DNA of 64,000 nucleotides, from positions 1,056,001-1,120,000 of the forward strand of contig CAXXGO010000006.1 in NCBI GenBank assembly GCA_963666835.2, given 5' to 3'. Position 1 is the first letter of the stretch; every line of letters starts with the position of its first letter. Origin of the DNA: Phycisphaerae bacterium (GTDB lineage: Bacteria; Planctomycetota; Phycisphaerae; UBA1845). The position numbers and the translations under genes are program-made. The notes under the pieces are model-generated. The model was not told where the DNA came from and did not search any database. It saw nothing but the letters and a program-made list of their open reading frames with translations. Positions 11,189-21,575 of this stretch are shown in pieces.

Positions 11189-11242
11189 GTGAATGCCACC
11201 ACGCGGCACCGGGCGGGTTACTCCGTTCGGTGCCGCGGATGG
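11146..11242 (+). repeat. Cassette-boundary element, copy 2
   Basis: Hairpin 11196-11242, loop gttact. Confidence 0.9.
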
Positions 11243-12395
11243 TTTCGTGTGCTCCCCGCCGTACCAAGGAAGGGCTGGGGAGGTTCTGCCGGATGGACGG
11301 TCTATCGTCACTGCCGACACCGCGAAGGCGGGCGAGCGGGAGTACGCGGCCGTGCGGTTTGAGTACGCGGTTAACGGGACGGCGGTCAGCTTCGTCATGG
11401 GCGAGCGGTGGCGGTGGGATCCGGACGCGGGCGGGAATCCGACGGATTTTGAGATTACATACGCGCGCGAGTTTCGGTATGATGGAGCTCGGCAGAGGTA
11501 TCTGAATCGGCAGTTGGATCCCGCGGCCTTGCAGGAGTCCGGGCAGTTGGTCTCTTTGCGCGATACGTGGTCGGACTACTCCGGGGATTCGGTCTACGCC
11601 GACTACAGCTTCGACGGCGGCGCGCCGGAGGTGTCGCGGATCTACGAGCCCGGCGTCGGCATGTCGGTCGACCCCACGGCCGTGGCGGGCACGCGGTACT
11701 ACCACGCTGACCACCTGGGCACAACCCGGTTCACCTCGGACGGTGCCACCGGTGCGGTCGTGGACAGTTCGGCCTACGAGGCCTTAGGCGCCCCAATCGA
11801 CGGGGCGAACCACCGCTACGGCTACGCCGGTGCCTACGGCTACCAGTCGCACGACATCGATGAAGTAGCCGCCCTCGACCCCCCACTAGACCCGGCCACC
11901 GCCTTCCCCTTCCTCCACGTAGGAGCCCGCTACTACGACCCGGCGACGGGACGGTTCCTGCAGAGGGATCCGATTGGGATCGCTGGGGGGTTGAATGTCT
12001 ATGCGTATGTATACAACAACCCGGTGTTACGAACTGACCCAAGTGGAAACGGCTTCTGGGATGGAAACAACGCGTTTCACGATTGGATCGCACGGAAGTT
12101 CTGGATGCACCCAATCAACCCAGCCAAGAGTCGGCTCCCGAAAATGGGAGATGCCGAGGCCTGCGCCTGGGTGGCCGGCTACACGGCCGTTGGCACTGTG
12201 GCGTTGTACCGTGGCGGAAAGTATCTAGCACGGTTTGCTCGGATACACCACGGTCCGTTTAAGGGGCATATGGGAGGCGCGTGGCACTTCCACATCGGTC
12301 GAAGAGCTGGCGAACTAGGGCGTTATCATCTTCCACAACAGTTTCGCGGATGGTGGGGCAACCTGAAGAGCATCTTACGGCGTAAATGGAGGTAA
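11193..12395 (+). CDS. Orphan Rhs fragment of a second core type plus His-rich tip 3; Rhs homology starts ~11280
   Basis: Core EYAAVRFEYAVNG..ERWRWDPDAGG differs from the main gene; [16 protein letters not shown] and DPSG. Confidence 0.8.
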   Translation: MPPRGTGRVTPFGAADGFVCSPPYQGRAGEVLPDGRSIVTADTAKAGEREYAAVRFEYAVNGTAVSFVMGERWRWDPDAGGNPTDFEITYAREFRYDGARQRYLNRQLDPAALQESGQLVSLRDTWSDYSGDSVYADYSFDGGAPEVSRIYEPGVGMSVDPTAVAGTRYYHADHLGTTRFTSDGATGAVVDSSAYEALGAPIDGANHRYGYAGAYGYQSHDIDEVAALDPPLDPATAFPFLHVGARYYDPATGRFLQRDPIGIAGGLNVYAYVYNNPVLRTDPSGNGFWDGNNAFHDWIARKFWMHPINPAKSRLPKMGDAEACAWVAGYTAVGTVALYRGGKYLARFARIHHGPFKGHMGGAWHFHIGRRAGELGRYHLPQQFRGWWGNLKSILRRKWR

Positions 12396-12396
12396 T

Positions 12397-12897
12397 ATGT
12401 CTGCAATACTCGAACAGTATGAAACCTGCTGCGCGCCTGGCGTCACGGAGAGCGTCATGGGTGACGATCAGCTTATCGGTCATGTAATTGATGCGCTTGA
12501 CAGTAGTCTTCTGTTCCAATCTGTTGTAGTTGTGCGTGGTAAGTTCCTTCGAAACGCGAAACATCTTGGGCTTGACAGGCATGTGACACTGCTGTACAGC
12601 GATAACCGGGAGTATCTTCGGCACTACAAGACGGCGTTGGTGGCTGCAAGCTCCTCGCAAGGACATTGCAACATCCTGTATGCGCCGACACGTATGGACA
12701 CGTTCTGGGGAACTTTGGTAGAGAGGGGCTGCATCCAATCTCAGAATTGGCAGCCCTTGGGCGAAGAAGAGGCACGAGAGGTACTTGGTGCCGACGGGCT
12801 GGCATCACTGATTGACACGGTTGAACCGCTGTGTCCGAATGGCTGGCTTACGTTTTGGCATGACGCGCAACACGTCGTCAAGTGTACATACGTATGA
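12397..12897 (+). CDS. Putative soluble immunity protein for tip 3
   Basis: Starts 1 bp after the toxin stop with a GGAGG RBS; no TM segment; lower GC. Confidence 0.75.
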   Translation: MSAILEQYETCCAPGVTESVMGDDQLIGHVIDALDSSLLFQSVVVVRGKFLRNAKHLGLDRHVTLLYSDNREYLRHYKTALVAASSSQGHCNILYAPTRMDTFWGTLVERGCIQSQNWQPLGEEEAREVLGADGLASLIDTVEPLCPNGWLTFWHDAQHVVKCTYV

Positions 12898-12903
12898 GTC
12901 GGA

Positions 12904-13000
12904 AAAGGGGTCGGGAGTCGTTCTGACGCCCGACGACGATGATTGAATGATTGCCACCACGCGGCACCGGGCGGGTTGATCCGTTCGGTGCCGCGGGTGG
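12904..13000 (+). repeat. Cassette-boundary element, copy 3
   Basis: aaaGGGGTCgggagtCGTTCTGAC, hairpin 12954-13000. Confidence 0.9.
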
Positions 13001-13003
13001 TTT

Positions 13004-14764
13004 GTGGTTCGCACATTCACGTACGACCGTGAGCGTGTTCAAGTGCCGGGCGGGCCAACGCACTGGCAGAGATACACCGGCAAGCAGACTCGGGTCGGGC
13101 CGGACGGGACGGAGACTATCACGCAACTCGACGCGGCCGGGCGGGTTGAGTCGGCTTTGCGGCGGCGGGTGGACAATGGCGGAGCGTTGCTTCGGGCCGA
13201 GTATTCGTATTATGCCAACGGGCAGCTTCGCCAGGTTCGATTCAGTAACGACGCGACGGTCGAATACAGCTACGACGCGGCCGGTCGGATCACGGCAATC
13301 ACGCACCGCGACTACCTCGATTACATCATGTTGCGGCTGAGTTATGAATACAATCCGCACGACGCTCGTGGACTGCCGACCAGGATCACGGAGGAAGAAG
13401 ATACGCTGTACGGTCGGGTGACCAAGGCCGTGACGACGTTTCGCTACGACGGACCGGGCCGGCTGGTCCGTGAGACGCGGGTGGCGAATCCGTTATCGTC
13501 GTATGACTTGGTTTACACGTACGACCTGGGCGGGAATCGGCTGAGCACGATCCACGAGGCGAACGAGGTCGAGACGGTTTATCATTACGACGTCGAGGAC
13601 GAGGCGCAGTATGTCTACGGCAGTGCCAATAACCGGCTGATGTACTTCGAGACGTTCGACACGAGCGCGTACGGGCACGAGCTCGTCTCGACGACGTATT
13701 ATTACTACAACAACTACGGCAACATCACGCGGAAGGTGACGCAGCTTGCGGATCCGGAGCCCGGGGAACGGGAGTATCATGCCACGTACCTGAAGTACGC
13801 GACGAACGGGGAAACCGTAACGTATCTGCTGGGCGAGGAGTGGGATTGGAACGGGAATCCACTCGCCGAGGTCACGAATTATACCGTGACGTTTGCCCGG
13901 GAGTTTTGGTATGATGGCGCCCGGCAAAGGTTCTTGAATCGCGAGTTTGATCCGGTCGAATTGACGGGTGACAACATGGTGGTGCTGTCCGAAACTTGGT
14001 CGGATTATGCGGGCGACAACATCTACGCGGATTTCACGCTTAATGGGTCGACCGTGACCGTGCCGTGGATCTATGAGCCGGGTATCGGCCGGGTTGGCAA
14101 CCCGTTCGGCGACATGGCGGATTGGGACACGGGCTACTACCACGCGGACCACATCGGTACAACCCGCCTGCTGAGCGACAACGACGGCCTGCCGAAAGAC
14201 GATTCAGTGTACACTGCCTTCGGTAGCCTGGTCGGGGGCACGAACCACCGCTACGGCTACGCCGGCAAACACGGCTACCAAGCCCACGCCGACACCCCTT
14301 TCCTCCACGTCGGAGCCCGCTACTACGACCCGGACGTGGGGCGGTTCCTGCAGCGGGATCCGATTGGGATTGATGGGGGCCGAAACGTGTACGCCTATGC
14401 GCACTCGTCACCCACACTAGCCGTTGACCCGTCCGGGCTGAAGATTTGGACGGAGGTGAAGGGTAAGCGACGCAAGGCCACCAAGGACGGCTGGCAGAAC
14501 CAGCAGCACCAGTTTAGCTACGACGATCACGATGCAGGGATGGCGTCTATTGCCGCAGGCGCGGCAGCAGTTGTGTTCGGTGCGGCGGCCCTCGCCTTCC
14601 CAGAGCCGGCGATAACGAAGTACGCTGGCACGTTGGCCCTGGCAGAAGGTGTCGGTGGATTAGCCTGCGCCGCGTATGCCTTCAACCCCGAAGTCATCAG
14701 GGACGAATGGGTTGATATCGGCCCGCTCGTTCCGTACAAGCCGGGGGAACGCCCACAGTTGTAG
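13004..14764 (+). CDS. Orphan Rhs core plus tip 4
   Basis: Starts [10 protein letters not shown]; core nearly identical to the main gene; DPSG then a tip with hydrophobic helices. Confidence 0.85.
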   Translation: MVRTFTYDRERVQVPGGPTHWQRYTGKQTRVGPDGTETITQLDAAGRVESALRRRVDNGGALLRAEYSYYANGQLRQVRFSNDATVEYSYDAAGRITAITHRDYLDYIMLRLSYEYNPHDARGLPTRITEEEDTLYGRVTKAVTTFRYDGPGRLVRETRVANPLSSYDLVYTYDLGGNRLSTIHEANEVETVYHYDVEDEAQYVYGSANNRLMYFETFDTSAYGHELVSTTYYYYNNYGNITRKVTQLADPEPGEREYHATYLKYATNGETVTYLLGEEWDWNGNPLAEVTNYTVTFAREFWYDGARQRFLNREFDPVELTGDNMVVLSETWSDYAGDNIYADFTLNGSTVTVPWIYEPGIGRVGNPFGDMADWDTGYYHADHIGTTRLLSDNDGLPKDDSVYTAFGSLVGGTNHRYGYAGKHGYQAHADTPFLHVGARYYDPDVGRFLQRDPIGIDGGRNVYAYAHSSPTLAVDPSGLKIWTEVKGKRRKATKDGWQNQQHQFSYDDHDAGMASIAAGAAAVVFGAAALAFPEPAITKYAGTLALAEGVGGLACAAYAFNPEVIRDEWVDIGPLVPYKPGERPQL

Positions 14765-14833
14765 ACTTCTGCACGCAATACCGGAGTCATCGGGAAACAA
14801 CGTCCGTGCCTCACAAAGAAGGAGCCGGTCTTT

Positions 14834-14998
14834 ATGAATTGGACGTACGGAAGAAAGCTGTGCGTTGTAGCGATTGTCCTTAGCCTACTCGGGATCTTGA
14901 TGGGTTCAGTGGCAATCTGTTCGCGGAGTCCGATTTCGCCAAGTTCGATGTCGCAAGGCAGACCGGCGTTGCCGCAGCAAAACGCGCCTGTTCCCTGA
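14834..14998 (+). CDS. Small 54-aa single-TM ORF, not in the ORF track
   Basis: AAGGAG upstream; MNWTYGRKLCVVAIVLSLLGILMGSVAICS.. Confidence 0.4.
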   Translation: MNWTYGRKLCVVAIVLSLLGILMGSVAICSRSPISPSSMSQGRPALPQQNAPVP

Positions 14999-15008
14999 GA
15001 TCCACCTG

Positions 15009-15644
15009 GTGTGCAGAGCCTGCGAAGTCGGCATCGACGGGAAAAGCACAGGAACACAGCCTGTCGAGGCGAGTAGGCGCGCGCGTTGTGGAGCCACGCC
15101 CGTTCGAATTGGAATCGGGCAGGCCTGTGCAGACTGTCACAGTGGCGGTGTCGTCCTGGTCGGGCTGCGAGAAGCCGCCGGGCGCGGCGCGCGTACGCGC
15201 ATTGTGGGGATCGGCATGTTTGCGATTGCTGTGCTGGTCATCTGCCTGACAGTGGGTGTCGTTGCGTGGGTCGTCGGCGTGCTCCTTGCGACGTATACGT
15301 CGTGGAACGCGTCGACAAGGACAGTCGTGAACTTCCTCGTGGTAACGCCTATACTTGGCGGACTCCTGGCATCTGCGACTGGGGCACTTCCCGTACGCGT
15401 GGTAATGTGCCCGCACTGCAGGCGTATCAGGCGATTGGGGTTTGGGAAACGGGTGCCCACGGAATGGCAGCATATTGTGGAACCGACAGGCTTCTGCATG
15501 GCTTGCGGATATTCACTCCGTGGAATTACTGAGCAGCCGAGGTGTCCAGAGTGCGGGGATCCGTTTCCGAAGGAGTGGCTGAAGATCACCCGTCAAGCGG
15601 ATGAGGAGCCCTCGGTCGAGTATGACGTTGTTGCGAAGGAGTGA
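15009..15644 (+). CDS. Putative immunity membrane protein with zinc ribbon (start uncertain)
   Basis: 2 TM segments, CPHC, CMACGYSLRG..CPECG. Confidence 0.7.
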   Translation: MCRACEVGIDGKSTGTQPVEASRRARCGATPVRIGIGQACADCHSGGVVLVGLREAAGRGARTRIVGIGMFAIAVLVICLTVGVVAWVVGVLLATYTSWNASTRTVVNFLVVTPILGGLLASATGALPVRVVMCPHCRRIRRLGFGKRVPTEWQHIVEPTGFCMACGYSLRGITEQPRCPECGDPFPKEWLKITRQADEEPSVEYDVVAKE

Positions 15645-15684
15645 AGGAGCAGACACAGGGGTTGGGAGTCTCTGTTGGGCGAAT

Positions 15685-15779
15685 GACGGAGTCGAGGGTC
15701 TTTTCGACGGCCGATCACAGTGATTGCCTTAGTGCCACCTCGCGGCACCGGGCGGGTTGCTCCGTTCGGTGCCGCGGGT
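15685..15779 (+). repeat. Cassette-boundary element, copy 4, fused to an internal Rhs position
   Basis: Hairpin 15735-15779; right arm joins Rhs RVGDPASS via shared CGCGGGT. Confidence 0.85.
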
Positions 15780-17052
15780 TGGCGATCCGGCGTCGTCGTT
15801 TGATCTGGCGTACACGCACGACGCGGGCGGGAATCGGCTGAGCACGATCGACGAGGTGAACCACGTCGAGACGGTGTACCATTACGACGTCGAGGACGAG
15901 CCGGAGTACGTCTACGACAGCTTCAATAACCGGCTGATGTATTTCGAGACGTTCGATACCAGCGGTGCCGAGGCTGAGCTGGTCTCGACGACGTACTACT
16001 TCTACAACGACTACGGGAACGTCACGCGGAAGGTGACGGAGTTGGCGGACCCCGAGCCGGGCGAGAAGAGGTATCGTTCGACGTATCTCAAGTACGCGAC
16101 GAACGGGCACGCGGTGACGTATCTGGTGGGCGAGGAGTGGACCTATCCGGAGTCGGATTATGCGGTGACGTTCGCCCGGGAGTTCTGGTATGATGGTGCC
16201 CGGCAGCGATTCTTGAATCGCGAGCTTGATCCGGTTGCGCTAACGGATGGCATTGTGGATGTGGAATCAGAAACCTGGTCGGACTATGTAGGCGACAGCA
16301 TCTACGCCGACTTCACGTTTGATGGGTCGACCGTGACCGTGCCGCGGATCTACGAGCCGGGCATGGGGAAGGTGGACGGCTTATCTGTCGGTGGCGCGGC
16401 TTACTACCACGCCGATCACATCGGCACGACCCGTCTGCTGAGCGGGTACAACGGCAGCGCGGACGATGAGTCAGTATACAGCGCCTTCGGAGGTCTGGTG
16501 TCCGGCACAAACCACCGCTACGGCTACGCCGGCAAACACGGCTACCAGTCCCACGCCGACACCCCCTTCCTCCACGTCGGAGCCCGCTACTACGACCCGG
16601 CAACGGGGCGGTTTCTGCAGAGGGATCCGATTGGGATTGATGGGGGGTTGAATGTGTATGTGTATGCACTAAACAACCCCGCGTTGCAGGTCGATCCTTC
16701 TGGGCTACACTGGGCGATTGATGGGCAGCCGCAGCATCATCTTCCCGATATCGATGGGCACGGGATTACTCCTCCTCCTGCGCCTTCGGTACGTCCGCCT
16801 CAGCCATTGGTTCCAACACCCGTTCCCTATGCGGATGACTGTGTAATGACTTGTGTCCGAATATACCTAACCCCATTGCTATACTGTAAGCCAGCGTCCT
16901 TCGGTCAGATTGGAAGGCACGAAGATAACCAAGACAACTGTGAAGACCTGGGTGGCACCTGGGGCTTCTACTCAGACGAAGACCCGACTTTCACGTGGAT
17001 CGGCCATAAACTCATCAGGAGGCGTGGTAGGCCAAGCCGTGGTGGTGTTTGA
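15757..17052 (+). CDS. Orphan Rhs core (further deleted) plus Pro/Cys-rich tip 5
   Basis: Rhs core signature and DPSG; PPPAPSVRPPQP linker; four Cys in the tip. Confidence 0.8.
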   Translation: MLRSVPRVGDPASSFDLAYTHDAGGNRLSTIDEVNHVETVYHYDVEDEPEYVYDSFNNRLMYFETFDTSGAEAELVSTTYYFYNDYGNVTRKVTELADPEPGEKRYRSTYLKYATNGHAVTYLVGEEWTYPESDYAVTFAREFWYDGARQRFLNRELDPVALTDGIVDVESETWSDYVGDSIYADFTFDGSTVTVPRIYEPGMGKVDGLSVGGAAYYHADHIGTTRLLSGYNGSADDESVYSAFGGLVSGTNHRYGYAGKHGYQSHADTPFLHVGARYYDPATGRFLQRDPIGIDGGLNVYVYALNNPALQVDPSGLHWAIDGQPQHHLPDIDGHGITPPPAPSVRPPQPLVPTPVPYADDCVMTCVRIYLTPLLYCKPASFGQIGRHEDNQDNCEDLGGTWGFYSDEDPTFTWIGHKLIRRRGRPSRGGV

Positions 17053-17531
17053 TCGACAGTACGTCTTATAATGAAGCGATAATCGGAGAAGCGGGTGAAG
17101 GTCCTTCGTCGCGCGGAGTCATGCCCGCAATAACGATCCATCTTATCGAGGAGCATGGGAAGCCGATGTATCAGGAGAGAACTCACGAGTGGATCGCGCG
17201 AGTGTTTGGAGCTGTGTTCGTGTTTCTTCTGGTAGGCGTTCTTGCTTTCGATCTGCTAAGCAGATTGCATATAGCCGACCACCAGTGGCGACTGCCTGGC
17301 ATGCTGTTTCTTGCCGGTAGTGCGGGACTGGGTGCCTCGTTAATCGTCATTCGAATCACCCGACGAGCACGGCCGACGCCACCTGGGCGATGTCGCAAGT
17401 GCGGGTATATTCTATTCGGGGCTCCGGGACCCAACTGTCCGGAATGTGGGACGCCTTTTACTGTCTCGGGCACCGAGGGCAAGATGACGAATAACGGGGT
17501 CGGGAGTCGTTCTGACGGCGGATCGGAGTGA
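17049..17531 (+). CDS. Putative immunity membrane protein with zinc ribbon (start may be ~17167)
   Basis: 2 TM segments then CRKCGYILFG..CPECG. Confidence 0.75.
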   Translation: MIDSTSYNEAIIGEAGEGPSSRGVMPAITIHLIEEHGKPMYQERTHEWIARVFGAVFVFLLVGVLAFDLLSRLHIADHQWRLPGMLFLAGSAGLGASLIVIRITRRARPTPPGRCRKCGYILFGAPGPNCPECGTPFTVSGTEGKMTNNGVGSRSDGGSE

Positions 17532-17589
17532 TTGAATAGGTGCCACTACGCGGCACCGGGCGGGTTAGTCCGTTCGGTGCCGCGGGTGG
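17493..17589 (+). repeat. Cassette-boundary element, copy 5
   Basis: aacGGGGTCgggagtCGTTCTGAC, hairpin 17543-17589. Confidence 0.9.
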
Positions 17590-18994
17590 TTTGTGGGTCG
17601 CGCATTCACGTACGGCCGCGAGCGTGTTCAAGTCTCCGGTGGGCCAACGTATCGGCACAGGTACACCGTTGAGCACACTCGGGTCAAGCTCGCTGGGACG
17701 GCTGAAACACGAGGCGCGGGTTGGCGATCCGGCATCGTCGTATGATCTGGCGTACACCCACGACGCGGGCGGGAATCGGCTGAGCACGATCGACGAGGTG
17801 AACGAGGTCGAGACGGTTTATCATTACGACGTCGAGGACGAGGCGCAGTATGTCTACGGCAGTGCCAATAACCGGCTGATGTACTTCGAGACGTTCGACA
17901 CGAGCGCGTACGGGCACGAGCTCGTCTCGACGACGTATTATTACTACAACGACTACGGCAACATCACGCGGAAGGTGACGCAGCTCGCGAATCCGGAGCC
18001 CGGGGAGCGGGAGTATCACGCGACGTACCTGAAGTACGCAACGAACGGGCAGGCCGTGACGTATCTGCTGGGCGAGGAGTGGGATTGGAACGGGAATCCC
18101 TACTCCGAGGTCTACAATTATACGGTGACGTTCGCCCGGGAGTTCTGGTATGATGGTGCCCGGCAACGGTTCTTGAATCGCGAGTTTGATCCGGTCGCGT
18201 TGACGGGTGACAACAGGGTGGTGCTATCCGAAACCTGGTCGGATTATGCGGGCGACAGCATCTACGCGGATTTCACGCGTAATGGGTCGACCGTGACCGT
18301 GGCACGGATCCACGAGCCGGGGATCGGGAAGATGGAGACTCCGTTTGACGTTCCTGAGTCGGCCTACTACCACGCCGACCACATCGGCACGACCCGTCTG
18401 CTCGGCTGGAGCGACTTCTTCGAACCGCGCGACCCGGCCGTGTACACCGCCTTCGGTAGCTTGGTCACCGGCACAAACCACCGCTACGGCTACGCCGGCA
18501 AACACGGCTACCAGGCCCACGCCGAACCCCCCTTCCTCCACCTCGGAGCCCGCTACTACGACCCGGACACGGGCCGGTTCTTGCAGCGGGATCCGATCGG
18601 GATTCGCGGGGGGGGGAATGTGTATGTATATGTGAACAACCACCCGAGTGCAGCCTTCGATCCTGATGGGCTCAGGAGTATCTACGACGATTGGAGTCCA
18701 CTGCCGTTTGGGCCAAGAGACGAGGCGGAGATCGAAGGGACTCAGCGAGGCACTGGAGTAGCGCTTGCATGCTTCGCAACCGCAGCTGTGGCAGCGGTTG
18801 CCGTGGAAGCTGGCGTTCCCGCAGCCGTTGCTGGTGCAGGCCGTATTGCTGCGAGGACGGGAGGAAGATGGGCCTGGAAGGCTGGCGTATGGGTTTGGCA
18901 AACGCAGGCGAAGCTCGAGAAAGTGATCGCCAAGAACCCGGGGAAGTCCGGGCTAGTTGCGTGGATGATTAAGGAGATCTACGAGCGGCTTTGA
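17540..18994 (+). CDS. Orphan Rhs core (internal deletion near 17690) plus hydrophobic tip 6
   Basis: RAFTYGRERV start in one frame, jump to LGRLKHE in this frame; DPDG. Confidence 0.8.
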   Translation: MPLRGTGRVSPFGAAGGLWVAHSRTAASVFKSPVGQRIGTGTPLSTLGSSSLGRLKHEARVGDPASSYDLAYTHDAGGNRLSTIDEVNEVETVYHYDVEDEAQYVYGSANNRLMYFETFDTSAYGHELVSTTYYYYNDYGNITRKVTQLANPEPGEREYHATYLKYATNGQAVTYLLGEEWDWNGNPYSEVYNYTVTFAREFWYDGARQRFLNREFDPVALTGDNRVVLSETWSDYAGDSIYADFTRNGSTVTVARIHEPGIGKMETPFDVPESAYYHADHIGTTRLLGWSDFFEPRDPAVYTAFGSLVTGTNHRYGYAGKHGYQAHAEPPFLHLGARYYDPDTGRFLQRDPIGIRGGGNVYVYVNNHPSAAFDPDGLRSIYDDWSPLPFGPRDEAEIEGTQRGTGVALACFATAAVAAVAVEAGVPAAVAGAGRIAARTGGRWAWKAGVWVWQTQAKLEKVIAKNPGKSGLVAWMIKEIYERL

Positions 18995-19281
18995 CGAGCG
19001 AGGTCCAGTGTGACAGTGCTTCTCGCTGTGGAATGGGGCCAATGCGAGCTGGAACACCGGTGTGGAATCAGCCGCCGCCTGTTGACGGCCCGAGGCTAAC
19101 GGGACAGGATAAGGACACTCAACCGTCCGCCGTGGCGGATGACCAAGGCACGGGCATGGCTAGCCCGCTGACGTGAGCAAGCTCAGCAGAGCTGATGGGT
19201 GTCCTTGTCCTGCCCAGACGAGAGTAGGATAGAGTGTGCTTCTAGCCGTGGCTCGCTCGTACGAAATGCGGGGAGAGTACA

Positions 19282-19545
19282 GTGACTCAGCACAGCAGAT
19301 TTTGGGTACTATCAAGGGCATTCGGTAGCCTTTCCATCTGCCTGGTGATTGACCTGCTGGTCTTTGAAATGGACTGGAAAACAGGTCGGGTAGACTGGGT
19401 GCCTTTCTTACGAGGCTGGGGGATCCTGTTCGGGGTCTTTGTCTTCTTTCTCCGAAAGCCCCTGTTTCATAAGGGTTGGAAGAGCCATCAGGAAGACGAG
19501 AACACTTGTGAACGCTGCGAACAGGAGGATAGGGAGACCCGATAA
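19282..19545 (+). CDS. Small putative immunity membrane protein for tip 6
   Basis: GGAGA upstream of GTG; two hydrophobic segments; CxxC near the end. Confidence 0.5.
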   Translation: MTQHSRFWVLSRAFGSLSICLVIDLLVFEMDWKTGRVDWVPFLRGWGILFGVFVFFLRKPLFHKGWKSHQEDENTCERCEQEDRETR

Positions 19546-19642
19546 CACGGCCGGAGGGATGACTAACGCTCGCGTGGATTAATCCGGCGAGACAGTGCAT
19601 CTTCTCGATCCTGCCGATCGGCCGGGACGATCCCAGGTCGCA

Positions 19643-19739
19643 AACGGGGTCGGGAGTTGTTCTGACGGCCGACCACGATGATTGAATGAGTGCCACCACG
19701 CGGCACCGGGCGGGTCAGTCCGTTCGGTGCCGCGGGTGG
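19643..19739 (+). repeat. Cassette-boundary element, copy 6
   Basis: Hairpin 19693-19739, loop gtcagt. Confidence 0.9.
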
Positions 19740-21551
19740 TTTGTGGGTCGCGCATTCACGTACGATCGTGAGCGTGTTCAGGTGTCGGGAGAGACAACGT
19801 ATTGGCACACGTACACCGGTAAGCAGACGCGGGTCGGGCCGGATGGGACGGAGACTGTCACGCAACTCGACGCGGCCGGGCGGGTTGAGTCGGTTTTGCG
19901 GCGGCGGGCAGACACCGGCGCGACGCTGCTTCAGGCCGAGTATTCCTACTTTGCCAACGGGCAGCTTCGCCGGGTCGATTATGCCAACAGCGCGGCCGTC
20001 GAGTACACGTACGACGCGGCCGGGCGGATTACGGCGATCAATCACCTGAACGCCGCCGGCGGCATCATGTTGCGGCTGAGTTATGAATACAATCCGCACG
20101 ACGTGCGTGGGCTGCCCACCGTTATCACTGAGGAGGTGGACACCGGAATCAGGGCCGAAACGAGGCTCTATTACGACGGGCTGGGGCGGCTGGCTCGCGA
20201 GAAGCGTACGCCGGGGGATAAGATCAACCCGTGGTACGATCTGAGGTACACCTACGACTTAGGCGGGAATCGTCTGACCGCGGTCGACGAGGCCAACGAC
20301 GTCGAGACGGTGTATCATTACGACGTCGAGGACGATCCGCAGTGCGTCTACGGCAGCGCCAACAACCGGCTGATGTACTTCGAGACGTTCAAGACGGCCA
20401 CCGGTCACTACTTAGTCTCGACAACGTATTATTACTACAACAACTACGGCAACATCACACGGAAGGTGACGCAGCTTGCGAATCCGGAGCCCGGGGAGCG
20501 GGAGTATCACGCGACGTATCTGAAGTACGCGACGAACGGGGAAACAGTAACGTATCTGCTGGGCAAGGAGTGGGATTGGAACGGGTACACCGCCTCCGAA
20601 GTCACGAATTATGCCGTGACTTTCGGCCGGGAGTTCTGGTATGATGGAGCCCGGCAGCGGTTCCTGAATCGCGAGTTTGATCCGGTCGCGTTGACGGGTG
20701 ACAACATGGTCGTGCTATCCGAAACCTGGTCGGATTATGCCGGCGACAGCATCTACGCGGATTTCACGCTTAATGGGTCGACGTTGACCGTGCCGCGGAT
20801 CTACGAGCCCGGTATCGGCAAGGTGGAAGACCCGTTTGGCGTCCTCGATCGAGCGCACTCCCACACCGACCACATCGGTACAACCCGCCTGCTGAGCGAC
20901 AACGAGGGCCTGTCGAAAGACGAGTCCCTCTACACCGCGTTCGGTAGCTTGGTATCCGGCACAAACCACCGCTACGGCTACGCCGGCAAACACGGCTACC
21001 AATCCCACGCCGACACCCCCTTCCTCCACGTCGGAGCCCGTTACTACGACCCGGATACGGGTCGGTTCCTGCAGCGGGATCCGATTGGGATTATGGGCGG
21101 GGTAAATGTGTATGAGTATTGCTCCAGCAATCCGGTGGCCTCGATCGATCCGAGTGGCACCTGGAACCATGGCACTCACCAGGGCAATGCGCAGTATAAG
21201 AGCTGGCGTGAACAGGGTCATTCGCCGTCCAGCGCTAGCAGGCAAATGGAACGCATGGCACCCGATGAGTTCAAGACCGGACTGATGGTCGGTGTAGGTC
21301 TCGGAACGGCCATGGCGGCGTGGTACGCGGCGCCTTACGTCGCCAGCGCGGCCGCTGCTACGCCAGGGGTTGTCGCAAGTGGTGCTAGAGCAGCGGGCCC
21401 CGCTATCGCATGCGGCGCAAGGGCAGCTTGGCCATATGTTCGACGAGCAGGAGCGTCAGCAGGGGGCAAGTTCTGGGATGGCTACTGGGGGACGCTAGGA
21501 AAGGCTGCGGCTCTCGGCACCGCGGGCTGGCTGATCTCCAAGTTACTGTAG
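19686..21551 (+). CDS. Orphan Rhs core plus tip 7 (paralog of tip 2)
   Basis: Rhs core; tip shares SWREQG..MAPDEFK.GLMVGVGLGTAMAAWYAAPY with tip 2. Confidence 0.85.
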   Translation: MSATTRHRAGQSVRCRGWFVGRAFTYDRERVQVSGETTYWHTYTGKQTRVGPDGTETVTQLDAAGRVESVLRRRADTGATLLQAEYSYFANGQLRRVDYANSAAVEYTYDAAGRITAINHLNAAGGIMLRLSYEYNPHDVRGLPTVITEEVDTGIRAETRLYYDGLGRLAREKRTPGDKINPWYDLRYTYDLGGNRLTAVDEANDVETVYHYDVEDDPQCVYGSANNRLMYFETFKTATGHYLVSTTYYYYNNYGNITRKVTQLANPEPGEREYHATYLKYATNGETVTYLLGKEWDWNGYTASEVTNYAVTFGREFWYDGARQRFLNREFDPVALTGDNMVVLSETWSDYAGDSIYADFTLNGSTLTVPRIYEPGIGKVEDPFGVLDRAHSHTDHIGTTRLLSDNEGLSKDESLYTAFGSLVSGTNHRYGYAGKHGYQSHADTPFLHVGARYYDPDTGRFLQRDPIGIMGGVNVYEYCSSNPVASIDPSGTWNHGTHQGNAQYKSWREQGHSPSSASRQMERMAPDEFKTGLMVGVGLGTAMAAWYAAPYVASAAAATPGVVASGARAAGPAIACGARAAWPYVRRAGASAGGKFWDGYWGTLGKAAALGTAGWLISKLL

Positions 21552-21575
21552 CGGGCGAGCAACTAGGACGGAGGT

